A stretch of 64,000 nucleotides of DNA. Source: Tubulanus polymorphus. Lineage: Eukaryota > Animalia > Nemertea. The position numbers and the translations under genes were made by a program. The notes under the pieces are model-generated. The model was given only the letters and a program-made list of their open reading frames with translations, was not told the origin of the DNA and did no database searches. The stretch covers positions 13,480,850 to 13,544,849 of the forward strand of contig NC_134029.1 of assembly GCF_964204645.1 (NCBI RefSeq). Reading direction: 5' to 3'. Below are positions 1 through 12,229 of the stretch, piece after piece; within the stretch, counting starts at the first letter, position 1; each line of letters begins with the position of its first letter.

Positions 1-289
1 TTATGCATAGGCTACTGTGTGTGCACGCTTATCTTTATGCTTATTCAATTAGAATACCCATGTAGCTACCAAATAAGCACCGCTTCAGAGGATTTTAGAA
101 ATTTTCACTTCAATAACACTGTGTTCTATTTTTGGGCACTAGCTACTATTATGCACAATCAATCTATCACATTGATATACATATATGTGTCACTTCTTTT
201 GCATATAGTAGGGTCTTACAGTAACCAGTGTGCTCTCTCACACCTCCCTGTGATATTGGCCTGAGACTGACAAATAATCTTTTTTGTAG

Positions 290-2085
290 CGTATTGTTCT
301 CGTAGCAGACAGCATTTTAAAGTATGCTGGGCTAGATGGTGTAGGCTTATTTGAATGGACAAGGATCGTGTGCCCCGGAGGAACCATTGAAACATTGATG
401 GAAGGTAATTTCTCGGTTCAGTACTGATTTATATTGTTCATTTTCATTGGGTAACTGATTAGTTGTATATTACAGAATTGAAAAAGGTGAAGATGCTGAA
501 TGTGGAACAACTAATCGTCCATGTTGGAACAAATAATATGACGCGTGATGTCCCGCTTGAGATTGTTCTGCGAAGACACGTTGAATTAATTCGATTGTTG
601 CTCTATAAATGTACTGGGACCATCATTGTACCAGCTCTTTTTCCTCGATGTGATGAGTAAGTATCAAGAATAGATTTTTCTTGAAGTACTATATTTATGA
701 TCGATGTAATGATTTTTAAATTTCTTTCTTTTTTAAAGTTTCGATGCTGACACAAAGATATTTCATTACAATGAAATGCTGCACCGCGAATGCTTTACAC
801 TTGGTGTAAAGTTCGTTGATTTTCACTTCTCAAGAGATCTCCTTTCACCATAAGTAATCGTTTAATTTTAATAAGCCCAGTAGGTTATGTGCATTTTTTC
901 GCGATTTAAACTAACTTGTTTTTTTCTAAATTTTGTGATCTAGGACTGACTTATTACACCCCAGCCGTAAGGGAAATCAGTTCATAAATAACAGGATAAT
1001 GGAACTACTGCTATTGAAAAATGAAGATGAAATGTACGTAGAATTGCATTATTTTATCCAATTACCAGGTATGCAAACTACATAAATTTTATGATTGTAC
1101 TGGAAATAATGAATGATTCTTAATCAGGTGCCCTCAATACTTTCCATATGAGATTGAAAAGATGCAAAGAAGTAGAGCAGTCCATCGACGAAAGGTAATC
1201 ATTTAGCATTGATACCCTAGAAAATGAATGATTTGCAATTAGTTTTTATAACTTGAATACGAAACCACTTTATTCAAAATCCTTGCATTGAATTAATGAA
1301 TCATATTGATAGCTGATAGCAAAAAACAAATTGAAGGATGATCAAGCAAGAGCATGGGATGATTCAACAATAGTGGTAAAGTTGTTTTCCTAAGTGATTT
1401 GTACGTGATTTATCTTTATAAAGTTAGATATATTTTAACAGTTTTTTGTATCCTTCAATCCAGTATAGCAGTTTTGACGTTGCGCATCATACAAGGAAAC
1501 AATTCTGTTGTGTAGATCAAAGAGCCTTTTTCACATTCGACCAGGTACATATCATCTCAAGAACTTATGATTTAATATTAGTTTGGTCACTTTTATTTCA
1601 CAATTACCTAAAGGCTGTGCATGCACAAATCTGTCTTTTTTTTCCAGTACATGACTAAAATTGATGTGGCTGGTGTTGCTATTTGTTTAAAGCCTAAATT
1701 ATTTACTCCTTTTTATCAGACTAAGAACGTGAGTAATATGTTTCTCGAAATGAAATTATAGAAATTCATTGGTATTGGTATGATTTATGCTGTAAAGCTT
1801 TGTTTTCATATTCAGGGATGCTACAATAGAAGTTGTCACAATACTAAAAGATTTAACAGAAAAAGGAAGTCAGTGGAACATGTAAGTTTGATGCCCTTTC
1901 TGCGAGACGCGGGTTCATTTTTGTTATTTTTGCTTAGATGTTGAAGCAAAAACAGATTAATGTGCTCTCCCACATTAGGTTATTCATCCACAGACGGATC
2001 CTGCTGACTCGACATGTTTTTGCGGAGTTGAATTCACCAATTGGAAAGATCTTCTAGACCATGTTAGTTTAAACCATACTGAAAT
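290..2085 (+). pseudogene. 5' spliced part of a giant transposon gene: SGNH/GDSL hydrolase domain followed by a C2H2-type zinc finger (10 small exons)
   Basis: Phase-consistent exons 290-404, 476-656, 739-849, 944-1033, 1128-1194, 1313-1375, 1464-1544, 1648-1728, 1816-1881 and 1979-2085. They encode IVLVADSILKY, CPGG, VHVGTNN and DLLHP (SGNH blocks I/II/III/V), then CFCGVEFTNWKDLLDHVSLNH. The donor at 850 reads AT instead of GT. The start codon is not identified. Confidence 0.75.
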
Positions 2086-2246
2086 GTAAGTACAACATAA
2101 TTCAATTAATTTAGTACCTACAAATCTAAATGACTTAATGCAAATGACTCAGAGATACCCATGTTTTATGTTAGGCCTATATGGGTAATTTCATACTCTA
2201 TCTATTGATATGTCTAAAAAAAGTGAGTTGATAATGTGTATTTCAG

Positions 2247-3436
2247 GCGGACAATGGAGGAAGAAGGAAAGGACGCGGCTTGTGACAATTTCTCGGAAGG
2301 AACGATAGAGGAAGCAGAAAAGATGCAGGAAGATAGTTCGAAAGAAAGGATAGAAAGATTAAAGATGCAGGAAGATAGCTGGATGGAAAACAAAAAACAG
2401 CTAAGTATCACAGGTGGTGGAGGTATCGAACCAATCATAATTGATGATAGTGATGAGAATGATTCTGATGATGAACATGTATGTAGAAGAAATTTTAGTT
2501 ACAATCCAACAGAAATGTGCCTCAATGACTATCAGTTTTTGAAAATTCCACCTGTTATGCCATCAAAGGTCACGTCATTCAGAATTTGTGACATGTCTAA
2601 TTCATGTCATTTGGCTGATGATGCCCCCACTATGCCCCACAAAAATCAGTTGGAGGACATAAAAGCACAGATGCAGTCAAGGATTGTCCGTGACCCTTCC
2701 ATTAATATCCATGTGAGACTCGATACAGGCTGCTATTCTATTGATCAGATTAATAGGTTTCTTTTCTTACATTATGCTAAAACCAAACAACAAGATCTTT
2801 TTGCCATGAATCTTTGGGTAAATAGTAAGCCTTTAAGCCCCACTGATTCAGTCGATTGGGAACAGATTCAAGCATTTTCAAATATGCTCTTTTCCTTAAA
2901 ACCCTCTCAACAATTTCCAGTTGGTAATAATAATAGCGTATCTGTATCAGAACTTCAGACGATGACTAATCAAAAATGGTTTGAAGGATCTGTGTTAAAT
3001 GCTTTTGCATCTATGATAAATGAACAGTACTGTAATATTCATGCATTTATGATGCCACTTACATTTGATGCTAAGAAATATGTTTCAAATTTATATAAAA
3101 GATTCGGTCCTAATCCACTCATAAGTTGTGATAAACTAATTTTTTTCCTGCATGTTGGCACCCAAAACGATTTCGTATTTCTAAATTCTTATGGACATGT
3201 TGTTGCCAATCATTATGCACTAGCAGTTTTTTACCCAAAAAGTAACAAACTGTGTTATGCTGGTACACTAGCATGGGATTGTCCAAGGGAATTTAAAAAT
3301 CATTTAAGATCTGTTTTGAAAGGTTTGAATTGCCCTGATCCTGTTTATATCCACCTCCATGATCCTCATTTTGTTACTGAAAATTCAGTGCATGTATGTA
3401 GTAATAATTGTACTAGTTATTACCCACTCCAATCAT
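2247..3436 (+). pseudogene. Large exon encoding the N-terminal part of a Ulp1/SENP-like cysteine protease (interrupted by hAT)
   Basis: Acceptor ttcag at 2242-2246 is in phase with the previous exon. Motifs WFEGSVLNAF, NHYALAV, YAGTL (D>G) and YPLQS, which continues after the insertion as CSSVCG. Confidence 0.75.
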
Positions 3437-3984
3437 CAGGGCTTCTAGTGGTCCTATTTTCCTATTTTTTCCTATTTTTTAGTGCTTGTCCTATTTTGTC
3501 CTATTTTTATATGAAAAAGTCCTATTTGTCCTATTTTCTCTCATTTTCCAGCTCGTCGACGACTTTTTATCGACAAAAATGTTCTTTATATCTTTTCATA
3601 TGATGTGAAACACCATTTTGAGTGTTTGGTAGAACCTGCAGCATTCATGTTCGGTAAGTTCTGGCTATACAACTTCTTTTCTAATCTTTATATCCTAACA
3701 TGCCCAATGATTTTGTTCCAAATGTCACATGTTGCAGTGCAACTGGGCTTTGGCTATATGAGGGTTACAAACCAGAGGTGGTCGAGAAGTCAATATCTTT
3801 TCATCCAAACATTTCTTGATTATAATGCTAATTCTTTTGGGTCCGCCTCAGGTATACATTGCCAAGTATCACCACAGGGATGCTCTGTTGTGATCTAGCT
3901 GTGTGCAGTGACAATACTGAAAGCAATTATGGATTGCTTTGATTGTTGCCACTGCTTTAAATATTGTAACCTTAGACAGGAACA

Positions 3985-6411
3985 ATGCCGAACCGGACCA
4001 AGTTCTCGGATTCATGGTTGATTGAAGATGATAAACAAGGACACAAAATAAATGAATGGTGCCAACCAGTGAAAGGCGATATTTATAAGGCATATTGCTT
4101 TATATGTGAAAAAAAACTATCTATTGATAACCAGGGTTTAGGCCAACTAATACAACATGCCTCAAAAATGATGCATCAAAATAATAGCAAGATAAAACTG
4201 AACAAAAATCAGAAAAAACTTTTCCCGGTTGATAACACTTTAGAATGTGAAAGCTTAAGTGATAAGGTACTCAAGGCAGAAATAATATGGGCCATGTATG
4301 TGGCTGTAAATGACTACAGCTTCTTGTCATGCAACGATGTGTGTGAAACTTTCAGATGCATCTTCAAAGATCCAGCTGTTATAAATGAAATGACGTTGTC
4401 AAATGGGAAAGTGTCTTATACGATAAGCGATGGAATAAGAATACAGTTGACAAATGAGTTGATGAATGATATTCAGGATTGTACTACTGGATATTGTGTT
4501 TCATACGATGAAACACCAAACAAGCAGAAACTGAACCAGTTGGATATATATGTGGGGTATTTTTCACCTATATCCAAGAAAATTGAAACTCGATTCATTA
4601 AGACGATAATGATGGGTCACAAAACAGCTGAAATGGTACTCGGGGAGCTTCTCGGTGCCATGAATGACTTCAACATTGACTTATCGAAAATCATAGCTTT
4701 GTGTAGTGATGGCCCAAATGTAAATATATCAACTTGGCGTAAGATGTCAGCAAAAGTAATAGAAAAGGGCGGAAAGATGATAGATGTTGGATCATGCAGC
4801 CTCCATATGGTTCATAATGCGTTTAGAAAAGGCTTAGCATCTTTTGGCGCTGACATAGAAGAGTTTGCAGGAGATATACACACATTCTTCAAGTATGCCA
4901 CAAGGCGACAAGATTATGCAGTGTTCCAGCGAAAGGTTGGTGTAAAGGAAAATACATTCCTCAAACATGTTGATTCGCGTTGGTTGACACTAATTCCAGC
5001 ACTCTGTAGAATCAGCGAACAGTTTCCAGCTTTGAAGGCATATTTTGGTGATCTCAAAAAGAATACTAAGAATGATGATTCTCAATCTGCATGTTGTAAA
5101 CGAATACAGAAGGTACTACTCGACGTAACTGTTCCTGTGAAGATACAATTTATCCTAGATATCGGTAATATGTTTCAACGGTATGAAACTCTTTTCCAAA
5201 AGCGTGAACCGATGATTCACATTTTGTATACAGAAATGTGCGAGTTAATGCATAAAATATTGTTACGCTTTATTAAGCCTGATTCTCTCCCAGAAAAGAC
5301 TGGAGCAAAGTTGCTGGCTGCTGATATTGAAAAATGTGAGCAGCTCTCTGATGCTTGTTTAGTGGTTTGTAAGCTCACCAAGGATAAACTTGCTGTTCTA
5401 GATTCTTCGAAACAAAAACTGATAATAAAAGGCATTCGGGCATTCTATGTTAAAATAGCATCATATCTCCAACAGAAACTTCCCCTTGGAAATAATTTCC
5501 TACGAAACGTGAGGTGTTTACAACCGGAACGTCGGTCTGTTCATCGATTTGGGTTGTCAATTAAGGCTCTGGCGGTTGATCTGCCGACTATCATACCTGC
5601 ATCACAAGTCTCCACAGTTGTAGACGAATGGAAGATATATAGCAATGACTTGCTTGAAGATGATTGGTATAAAGACTCAGATGGAATAAGGTTACGAATT
5701 GATAAAGCATGGGAGAAAATATTTGTTCGCCAGACTGCTTCTGGTGATAGCAAATATACTGTCCTGCCCAAATTGGTAATGGCATGCCTTACTATATCTC
5801 ATGGTAGTGCTGAGGTTGAAAGAGGGTTCTCTGCCAATTCACGCACCATTACTGGTTCAAGGGCAAGTCTTGGAGTTGAAGCAATTACAGGTTTGAGAAT
5901 GATCAAGGACAAATTAAAGACCACTGGACAGAAGCCATGTGAAATGACATTATCACCTGAGCTACTATCATGCTGTAGACGGTCTTATAAAAACTATACA
6001 GAGAGACTTAAGAAAGAGAAAGAGATGGCTGAAAAGGCAAATAAGAAAGCTCTAGAAGATAGAAAAAGAGCCGAGGAGGCAAAGCAGGTAGAGACAGAAT
6101 ATGAAAATACAAGAAAAATCCTTGAAACTAGAAAATTAGAGTTGTTGGAAGTTGATCATTCATCCATGGAATCAATGACGACAAATAAACAACTACTCAT
6201 GGAAGGCAATGAAAAATTGGCCAAAGCTATCAAGGAAAAGGACCTTACACAAATCAAAGTTGCACAGTGCATGATTGAGGTGGCACACAATAAATTTGAT
6301 AAACTTGAGAAGGAAATGAAAGACAATCGACAGAGAATAGGTGAAATTGAGAAAAGGAAGAGAAAATTAAATGATGACCATGCTGAAACCATGAAAAAGC
6401 TAAAATGTTAA
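3985..6411 (+). CDS. hAT transposase, 808 aa, intact
   Basis: BED-like finger (AYCFICEK...H...H), SYDET, CSDG, CSLH (CxxH), SRW and SAEVERGFS dimerisation motif, plus a C-terminal coiled coil. Confidence 0.9.
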   Translation: MPNRTKFSDSWLIEDDKQGHKINEWCQPVKGDIYKAYCFICEKKLSIDNQGLGQLIQHASKMMHQNNSKIKLNKNQKKLFPVDNTLECESLSDKVLKAEIIWAMYVAVNDYSFLSCNDVCETFRCIFKDPAVINEMTLSNGKVSYTISDGIRIQLTNELMNDIQDCTTGYCVSYDETPNKQKLNQLDIYVGYFSPISKKIETRFIKTIMMGHKTAEMVLGELLGAMNDFNIDLSKIIALCSDGPNVNISTWRKMSAKVIEKGGKMIDVGSCSLHMVHNAFRKGLASFGADIEEFAGDIHTFFKYATRRQDYAVFQRKVGVKENTFLKHVDSRWLTLIPALCRISEQFPALKAYFGDLKKNTKNDDSQSACCKRIQKVLLDVTVPVKIQFILDIGNMFQRYETLFQKREPMIHILYTEMCELMHKILLRFIKPDSLPEKTGAKLLAADIEKCEQLSDACLVVCKLTKDKLAVLDSSKQKLIIKGIRAFYVKIASYLQQKLPLGNNFLRNVRCLQPERRSVHRFGLSIKALAVDLPTIIPASQVSTVVDEWKIYSNDLLEDDWYKDSDGIRLRIDKAWEKIFVRQTASGDSKYTVLPKLVMACLTISHGSAEVERGFSANSRTITGSRASLGVEAITGLRMIKDKLKTTGQKPCEMTLSPELLSCCRRSYKNYTERLKKEKEMAEKANKKALEDRKRAEEAKQVETEYENTRKILETRKLELLEVDHSSMESMTTNKQLLMEGNEKLAKAIKEKDLTQIKVAQCMIEVAHNKFDKLEKEMKDNRQRIGEIEKRKRKLNDDHAETMKKLKC

Positions 6412-6686
6412 GATATGAACGGTGTGTAGACACATTCATCGTTGTACTGTATAAGCCCTTGGTCATTGTTCTTTTATTAAAGTGTAATTTTGTCTTATAG
6501 TTAAGTGAAATTAATCATTTTGTACTATTTACCAGTTTCATGGTGTTTTAAAACAGTTTTGAAAAAACATAATGCACCATCAGTGTTTAGTTTGTTATGA
6601 TATAGTTTGTAGTGTTGCGAGTTAATAATGTTTATATAATGTTTATAAGTTCATGAAAAGTTTAGCATTATGTTTGTAAGTTTATA

Positions 6687-6917
6687 CAGTGTAACCTCGA
6701 TATAACGAACTCCATGGGACCTACGAGCAATCATATGATTGCTCGTAGATGGAGCAATCATATGATTGCTCGTAGATGGGACTGAAATCTATGTTCGCTA
6801 TTTAACCGATAGTTCGTTATATCAGGTGATAATTGTAATAAATCCACCAATCGGGACAAAATATATAGTTAACTGATAAATCGTTATATCAGGGTTCGTT
6901 ATAACGAGGTTCCACTG
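6687..6917. mobile_element. Tc1/mariner-pogo (Tigger-like) MITE inside the hAT 3' region
   Basis: 24-bp TIRs cagtgtaacctcgatataacgaac / gttcgttataacgaggttccactg (2 mismatches), with TA on both sides. Confidence 0.85.
6721..6775. repeat. Palindromic micro-insertion with 7-bp direct flanks
   Basis: Perfect 28-bp palindrome ctacgagcaatcatatgattgctcgtag plus a partial second copy. atgggac at 6714-6720 and 6776-6782. Confidence 0.75.
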
Positions 6918-7257
6918 TAGTTAAGATTTTAAATAGTAATACTCTGATACCTTTTGTATCTACCGGGTACCTCACTGCAATTTATTATGAGTTGCTGCTG
7001 TCATTCAGTTTATTGTAAAATGTTTTTTCGAAAAAAAGAAATGAAAAAATGTAATAAATAAACTTTATTTTCTAGTTTCAGATTACTGAAGTTCATTCAA
7101 AGACATCTGTGAATATGATGCTGCAGGTTGTATCCTCTCTTGATATATTAAAGTCCTATTTTCTGATGGATATCCTATATATTCTATGAAATTTTCCTAT
7201 TTCTGGACACTCTTCCTATTTTTTTTATGGACCAGATCACTGGAACCCCTGAATCAT

Positions 7258-10200
7258 GTTCATCTGTCTGTGGCCCTGCTACATTAATTGGTGCTTGCAT
7301 TGCAACCTATTATGAAAAGGATATTTCAAGTGTATTTTCATCTCCCAATGAATTATCTTATCTTAAGAACATTTCTAACTATTCTGATTTTGTTAGATTG
7401 ATATTGATTAATTGGCTTATGAAACATCTAATTGATATTACTCAACTCTTCTCAAAGTCATCTCAACCTACTGCTAATAGTACTACTTTCTCTAAGATAT
7501 CACGATTATCTCGCAGACAGAGACATAAACGATCAACTGAGTCAAATAATACACTAGCTAGTTCTGAATTAAAGATGTCAGACTCTTATATTGCCCCTAA
7601 AAAAAGCAAATCAGTCTTAACTACAGCCAAATCTAAATCTACACCAATTTTGAATAATGAATCAACACTTGAATCTACACCAATTTCGAATTATGAATCT
7701 GCAGCAATTTTGACTAATGAATCAACACCAATTTCGAATAGTGAATCTGCACCAATTTTGACTAATGAATCAACACCTGAATCAACACCAATTTCGAATA
7801 GTGAATCTGCACCAATTTTGACTAATGAATCTACACCAATTTCGAATAGTGAATCTGCACCAATTTTGACTATTAAATCTACACCTGAATCTACACCAAT
7901 TTCGAATAATGAATCTACACCTGAATCTACATCCTCAATTTTGAATCCTCAATCCTCATTAACTATAAATTCAGCTGAACCATTAACTTCCCATATTAAT
8001 GGTTCTAAAACTACTATCTCCCATCGCATCAGGAGAGGAAAGCATTATCTTGAAGTTGCTTTTCATTCAACTGGCAGTAAGACGAAGTATAAAAGTTTTC
8101 ATTGTACAGACCAAGGTACAAATGACCAGGTAGCCATTGACACTATCAAGAAATACCTCAACAACCAGAATCCACTTAGTGATGAATGGGTTGAAAATGG
8201 GGAAGTAATGACTGGTGCTGACACAAAATATTATTTCGATAGATTCACTTTTGATTTTACAAAAACAGTTCGTCTGCATAAGAATGTGCGGCCTTCATTT
8301 GTTGGTAACCAGACAACGATGAAAGCTTCCTTAACATTAAAAAAGAATTGGCAAACCCATAGATTAGATAATAAATTTGAATTTATTGAGCCAATTGTTG
8401 AGGATACTTCTCAATTTGTGGCTGCAGAAATGCTCATAAAATGTTCGTCAAAGTCTTCAGTTTGTAAATCATCATGTGGATATTATCTTTCAAAGATGAA
8501 TATGTCCAGTAACATCACTAATTGTCCCTCATGTCAAATTGACGTTGTTTTAAATGATAAACAATGTATTCATTGCTCCATTACCATGTCTAACTAATGG
8601 AGGAAAAATGCTGATGGTGAAACACTTTGTTCCAACTGTTACAACTATAAGCTGAAGAATAAACGTGATCGTCCTGTGAAGTTAAGGCAGCAGTTTGAGC
8701 CAAAAAAATTAATTCACCCTCATTTTATGTGTTATTGGGCAACGAAACTTGTATTATTTAGTACTGATTTATCCAAGTGGAGAATCTTCAGCAAACCACT
8801 TAATGGTCAATATCATGACAATATTCCTTTACAAATTAAAAAGCGACCTAATTTATCTACTAGAGATAGATGGGATGAAAATAGAGTCATGATGAAAGCC
8901 ACAGCAATGAAGGTTCTTTCTGCCACCAATGCTCACAATAACCTTCATGTATCAAATGTAAATGATGGCGCCGGTCATGACCATACCCTAGATCAAATTT
9001 CAAATAGATTGAAATATATTGATAAATCTTCGATAAAATTACATATGAAATCTCAAGACGAAATACCTATTCTAAGTTCTGATTGGAGAAATACTGAAAA
9101 ATTATTAGAGGGTAACTATGAATATGTCCTTTTATTTCAACGAGGGGATGCCACACTCAAACGTAATTATCACATTATTCTCTCTGATCCTCGTTCTCTG
9201 GAACATTTATCCAACTTTGGACAATCTGTCATTGGTATTGACGTGAAACATGATTTCAATTCGTGGAAATTCAAAACTTCATTTGTAACTTTTGCAGACA
9301 ACAAAAATGAAGGACGTATTGCTGCTGCATCAATTAGTAGTGATGAAGGGGGGCTACTCATGCAACTACCATCCAGTTAGTTCTAGCCAATACACCATGT
9401 AAAGACGAAAAATGTAATCATCCATCTGAATTCTATATATTTAATGATGGCAATGGTTTTTTCAGAATCAAGCCATGTTCATCAACATCTAGATTATGTC
9501 CTTTTGTACAACATGATAAAGATGCAAGTCTAAAGCAAGGAGCATCTGACAATAATCTTAAATCAGTACTATGTAATTTTCATGACCTGCAGTGTATTCG
9601 TCGCTTCATGAATGAAAATCAAGAACTTCGCTTATTTTGCAAGCCTCTAGAAACTGGTTTCAAATGCATTATGAGATCATGGGATGCTTCCTCTAGAACT
9701 GATATAGCCAATTCATTTATTAGTTTTATTGAGAATGATATTTCTTTAGACCTTATGTCGCAAGATACAAAACATTATTTATTGATTACCTAAAGAAGAA
9801 TTGGTTTAATTCCCAAATTTGGTCTGATGCATTCAATGCTGAATCAATTTATCAGTCAGACCAATCTAACAGAAATAACCCTTTGCTATTAACTGATAAT
9901 ATTACTGAGCGCAAATTCAAACAAATAGATGATGTCTACTTAAGTGGACACCTAAATAAACTGATATCATCTTTTGTACGATTACTGTTTGAAAATGTTT
10001 TTAATGATGAGATCAAAGCGACAAATATGAACAATCTCCAATTTAAGCAAATTGACCAACGAGTTAAGAATATACGTCACCTTGAAAAGATAGAAAAGTG
10101 TTGCAAAAGAGCCTTTGATTTATTACAGAATAATGAGATTTTAGAATATGATGAAGAAACTAATTGGTTTGTTGTGAAGAGTTCTTCACGAAAGAACTTA

Positions 10201-11802
10201 AATAGGTTAGAAGATAATGATAATTTTTTCAATGGTGATACTCACTATACATTCAATCAGCTTGATGTTTTAGAAGAAAGATTCCCCGATAAAGTATCAA
10301 TATCCGAGGAACATTCATATGACATTTCAAAAAAATGCCGAAGGTACATAGGAAATTTAGATTCAATATCCAGTCGTATCTTATTCAATTACGTTATTAC
10401 AATCGTTCCTGAAAATTGTCTTTCATACGTAGATGGTAATTGCCATTTAATCAATTTGAAACTAGGTATATGTACTTGTGAAGCTTTTATAATGATTGGA
10501 CAACCATATTTTTGCAAACATCTTTTTGCCTGTTTTGCCCAAAAAAACAATATAACCACAACGAAGGCTTTAATTGATGCATATAAATTCCACATTGTGG
10601 AGCCTCTGCCAACTTACAATTTTACTCGACAAAATAGTTCTGTTTCATCTACCCTCATTGATAAGTTAAAAGATCATTCCCACATTGCTAGCTCGAATGA
10701 TATCAATGCTGCTCGGAAAGGGCACATTCTAAGTATTTTACATAATGAAAGCCACTGTGGAATTAAGTTAATAAGCGGACGACCTGCCAAACGACAACCT
10801 CACAATATGGCTCATAGGCGTGCTGAGGGTCCAATCAAGGACAATCAGGTTGCCATAAACCTTCCTGAACTTGAAGTGATAGACCCTTACTGCCCTAAGG
10901 TTACAATGCCTAAAGATGCTGAGAATGCAAGACACGGAGGGCGAAAGATAATTAGACCTGCTAACAGAGGTGTATCCTTTTCTGCTATGGTTGAAAATGC
11001 TGCTATCAAACTAGGTAAAAAAGCTAAAATATCAGAAATTGAAACCATAGACTCCACTGATCCAGATCCTGGCAATGATATCGAATTTTCAGCAGATATT
11101 TTAAGTCAGAATAAATCATCCTTACCGAAAAAATCAAAAGATACCAAACCAAAAGATATTAAGTCAATACCAGTTGTTAAAAATGACTCGAAGTCTGTTT
11201 TATTTGAAAAAAGTATTGTCTGTTCCTTTTGTATTAAAGACAAAATAAATCCTCCATATCTTTGTTCATGTCGCAGGGAACTAGATAGGCACATATCCAC
11301 TTCTCATTCATCTTTGAAACCTATCTCATGTGCTATTTGTTGGGCAGATGGGGTTATTAATTCATATGCAAGTGAAACATTCCTTCAAAAGCACATTCGT
11401 ATTGAACATAATCATCATAAGAAAAAATCTATTGTAATCGATTATAATAATAGAGATGATTATCTCAACAGTTCTCCTATTACAGAAATCAATAATTCCA
11501 ATTCTGAAAAAGAATTAGAAATTCTTATAGATCAACCTGGAAATGCAGGCCTCCAAAACCTAGCAAAATTGAAACTAGATAATCTTTTGTCATCAAAAGT
11601 TGAAAAAACCCCTTCTCAGTTAGTTGCTGAAACCTGCCCTGTCTGCCACAAAAACTGCAATGCTAATCCTAAGAAAAAGTCCACATTCTCAATTGAATGT
11701 GATAATTGCCATAGATGGTATCATTGGAAATGTGCTCCAATCAATGAGGCTCCTCCTGAACATATCAGGTGGTTTTGTTTTCATTGTGACCCGATTTCCT
11801 AA
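7258..11802 (+). pseudogene. Continuation of the giant gene: Ulp1 catalytic Cys, S/T/P repeats, GATA zinc finger, MULE/Mutator DDE transposase, SWIM, 2 C2H2 fingers, PHD finger
   Basis: CIHC-x17-CSNC..YKLKNKRDRP (GATA; in-frame TAA at 8595), IGIDVKHDFN, HDKD, LCNFH, DYLKKNW, TDNITERKF (MULE D/D/CxxH/E), CTC..CKH (SWIM), CPVC..IECDNCHRWYHWKC..WFCFHC (PHD). Frameshifts near 9350 and 9785. Confidence 0.8.
7642..7945 (+). repeat. Coding tandem repeat (ESTPISNSESAPILTN units)
   Basis: Imperfect 36/48-bp units gaatc(a/t)acaccaatttcgaat..gaatctgcaccaattttgact. Confidence 0.85.
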
Positions 11803-12229
11803 ATAGTTTGTATTGAATATTATTGATCGGGTTTCGAATCAATCCCTGACGTTAGAAATATTTTTATTTCCCATGGTGACCGTAGAAGCCTATAATGACC
11901 GTCACTTAGTCACCTATATATTTACTCGATTATATATAAGGTTAAGAAGCGATGTATATGCACTGGTGTTTATAGTGCTCTATTTCAGGTTTATAGTGCT
12001 CTATTTCAGTGCTCTATTTCAGGAATTTTGGTGGCCTATCTCAGATGAAAGCCTTGACTATTTACTACAAAATAACACGAACTTGTAATGCATGGAAACA
12101 AACGGCAAATGAGCTATTCCGTTATATCTATCGCGATGCCCCGATGCCGATGGCCGCCCGAAGATTGATGTCTTGTTGGTTGGATTTTACTAGGGCTCAG
12201 TATTGTCCCTTGCGGTAAATGAGCGGTTA

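Larger units (their letters stand above)
3437..7251 (+). mobile_element. hAT-superfamily DNA transposon, apparently autonomous, 6-bp TSD
   Basis: TIRs cagggcttctagtg / cactggaacccctg (12/14 match). TSD aatcat at 3431-3436 and 7252-7257. TCCTATTT subterminal repeats at both ends. Removing the element restores the host reading frame. Confidence 0.9.

Noticed and set aside
3437-3603. Hydrophobic C-terminus (apparent TM anchor) of ORF 2236-3603
   Set aside because: It is read-through into T-rich hAT subterminal repeats; the real frame resumes at 7258.
5217-6466. Minus-strand ORFs within the hAT transposase (similar ones at 8067-11300, 15577-16074, 57518-57892)
   Set aside because: Antisense shadows of real coding frames, with no motifs.
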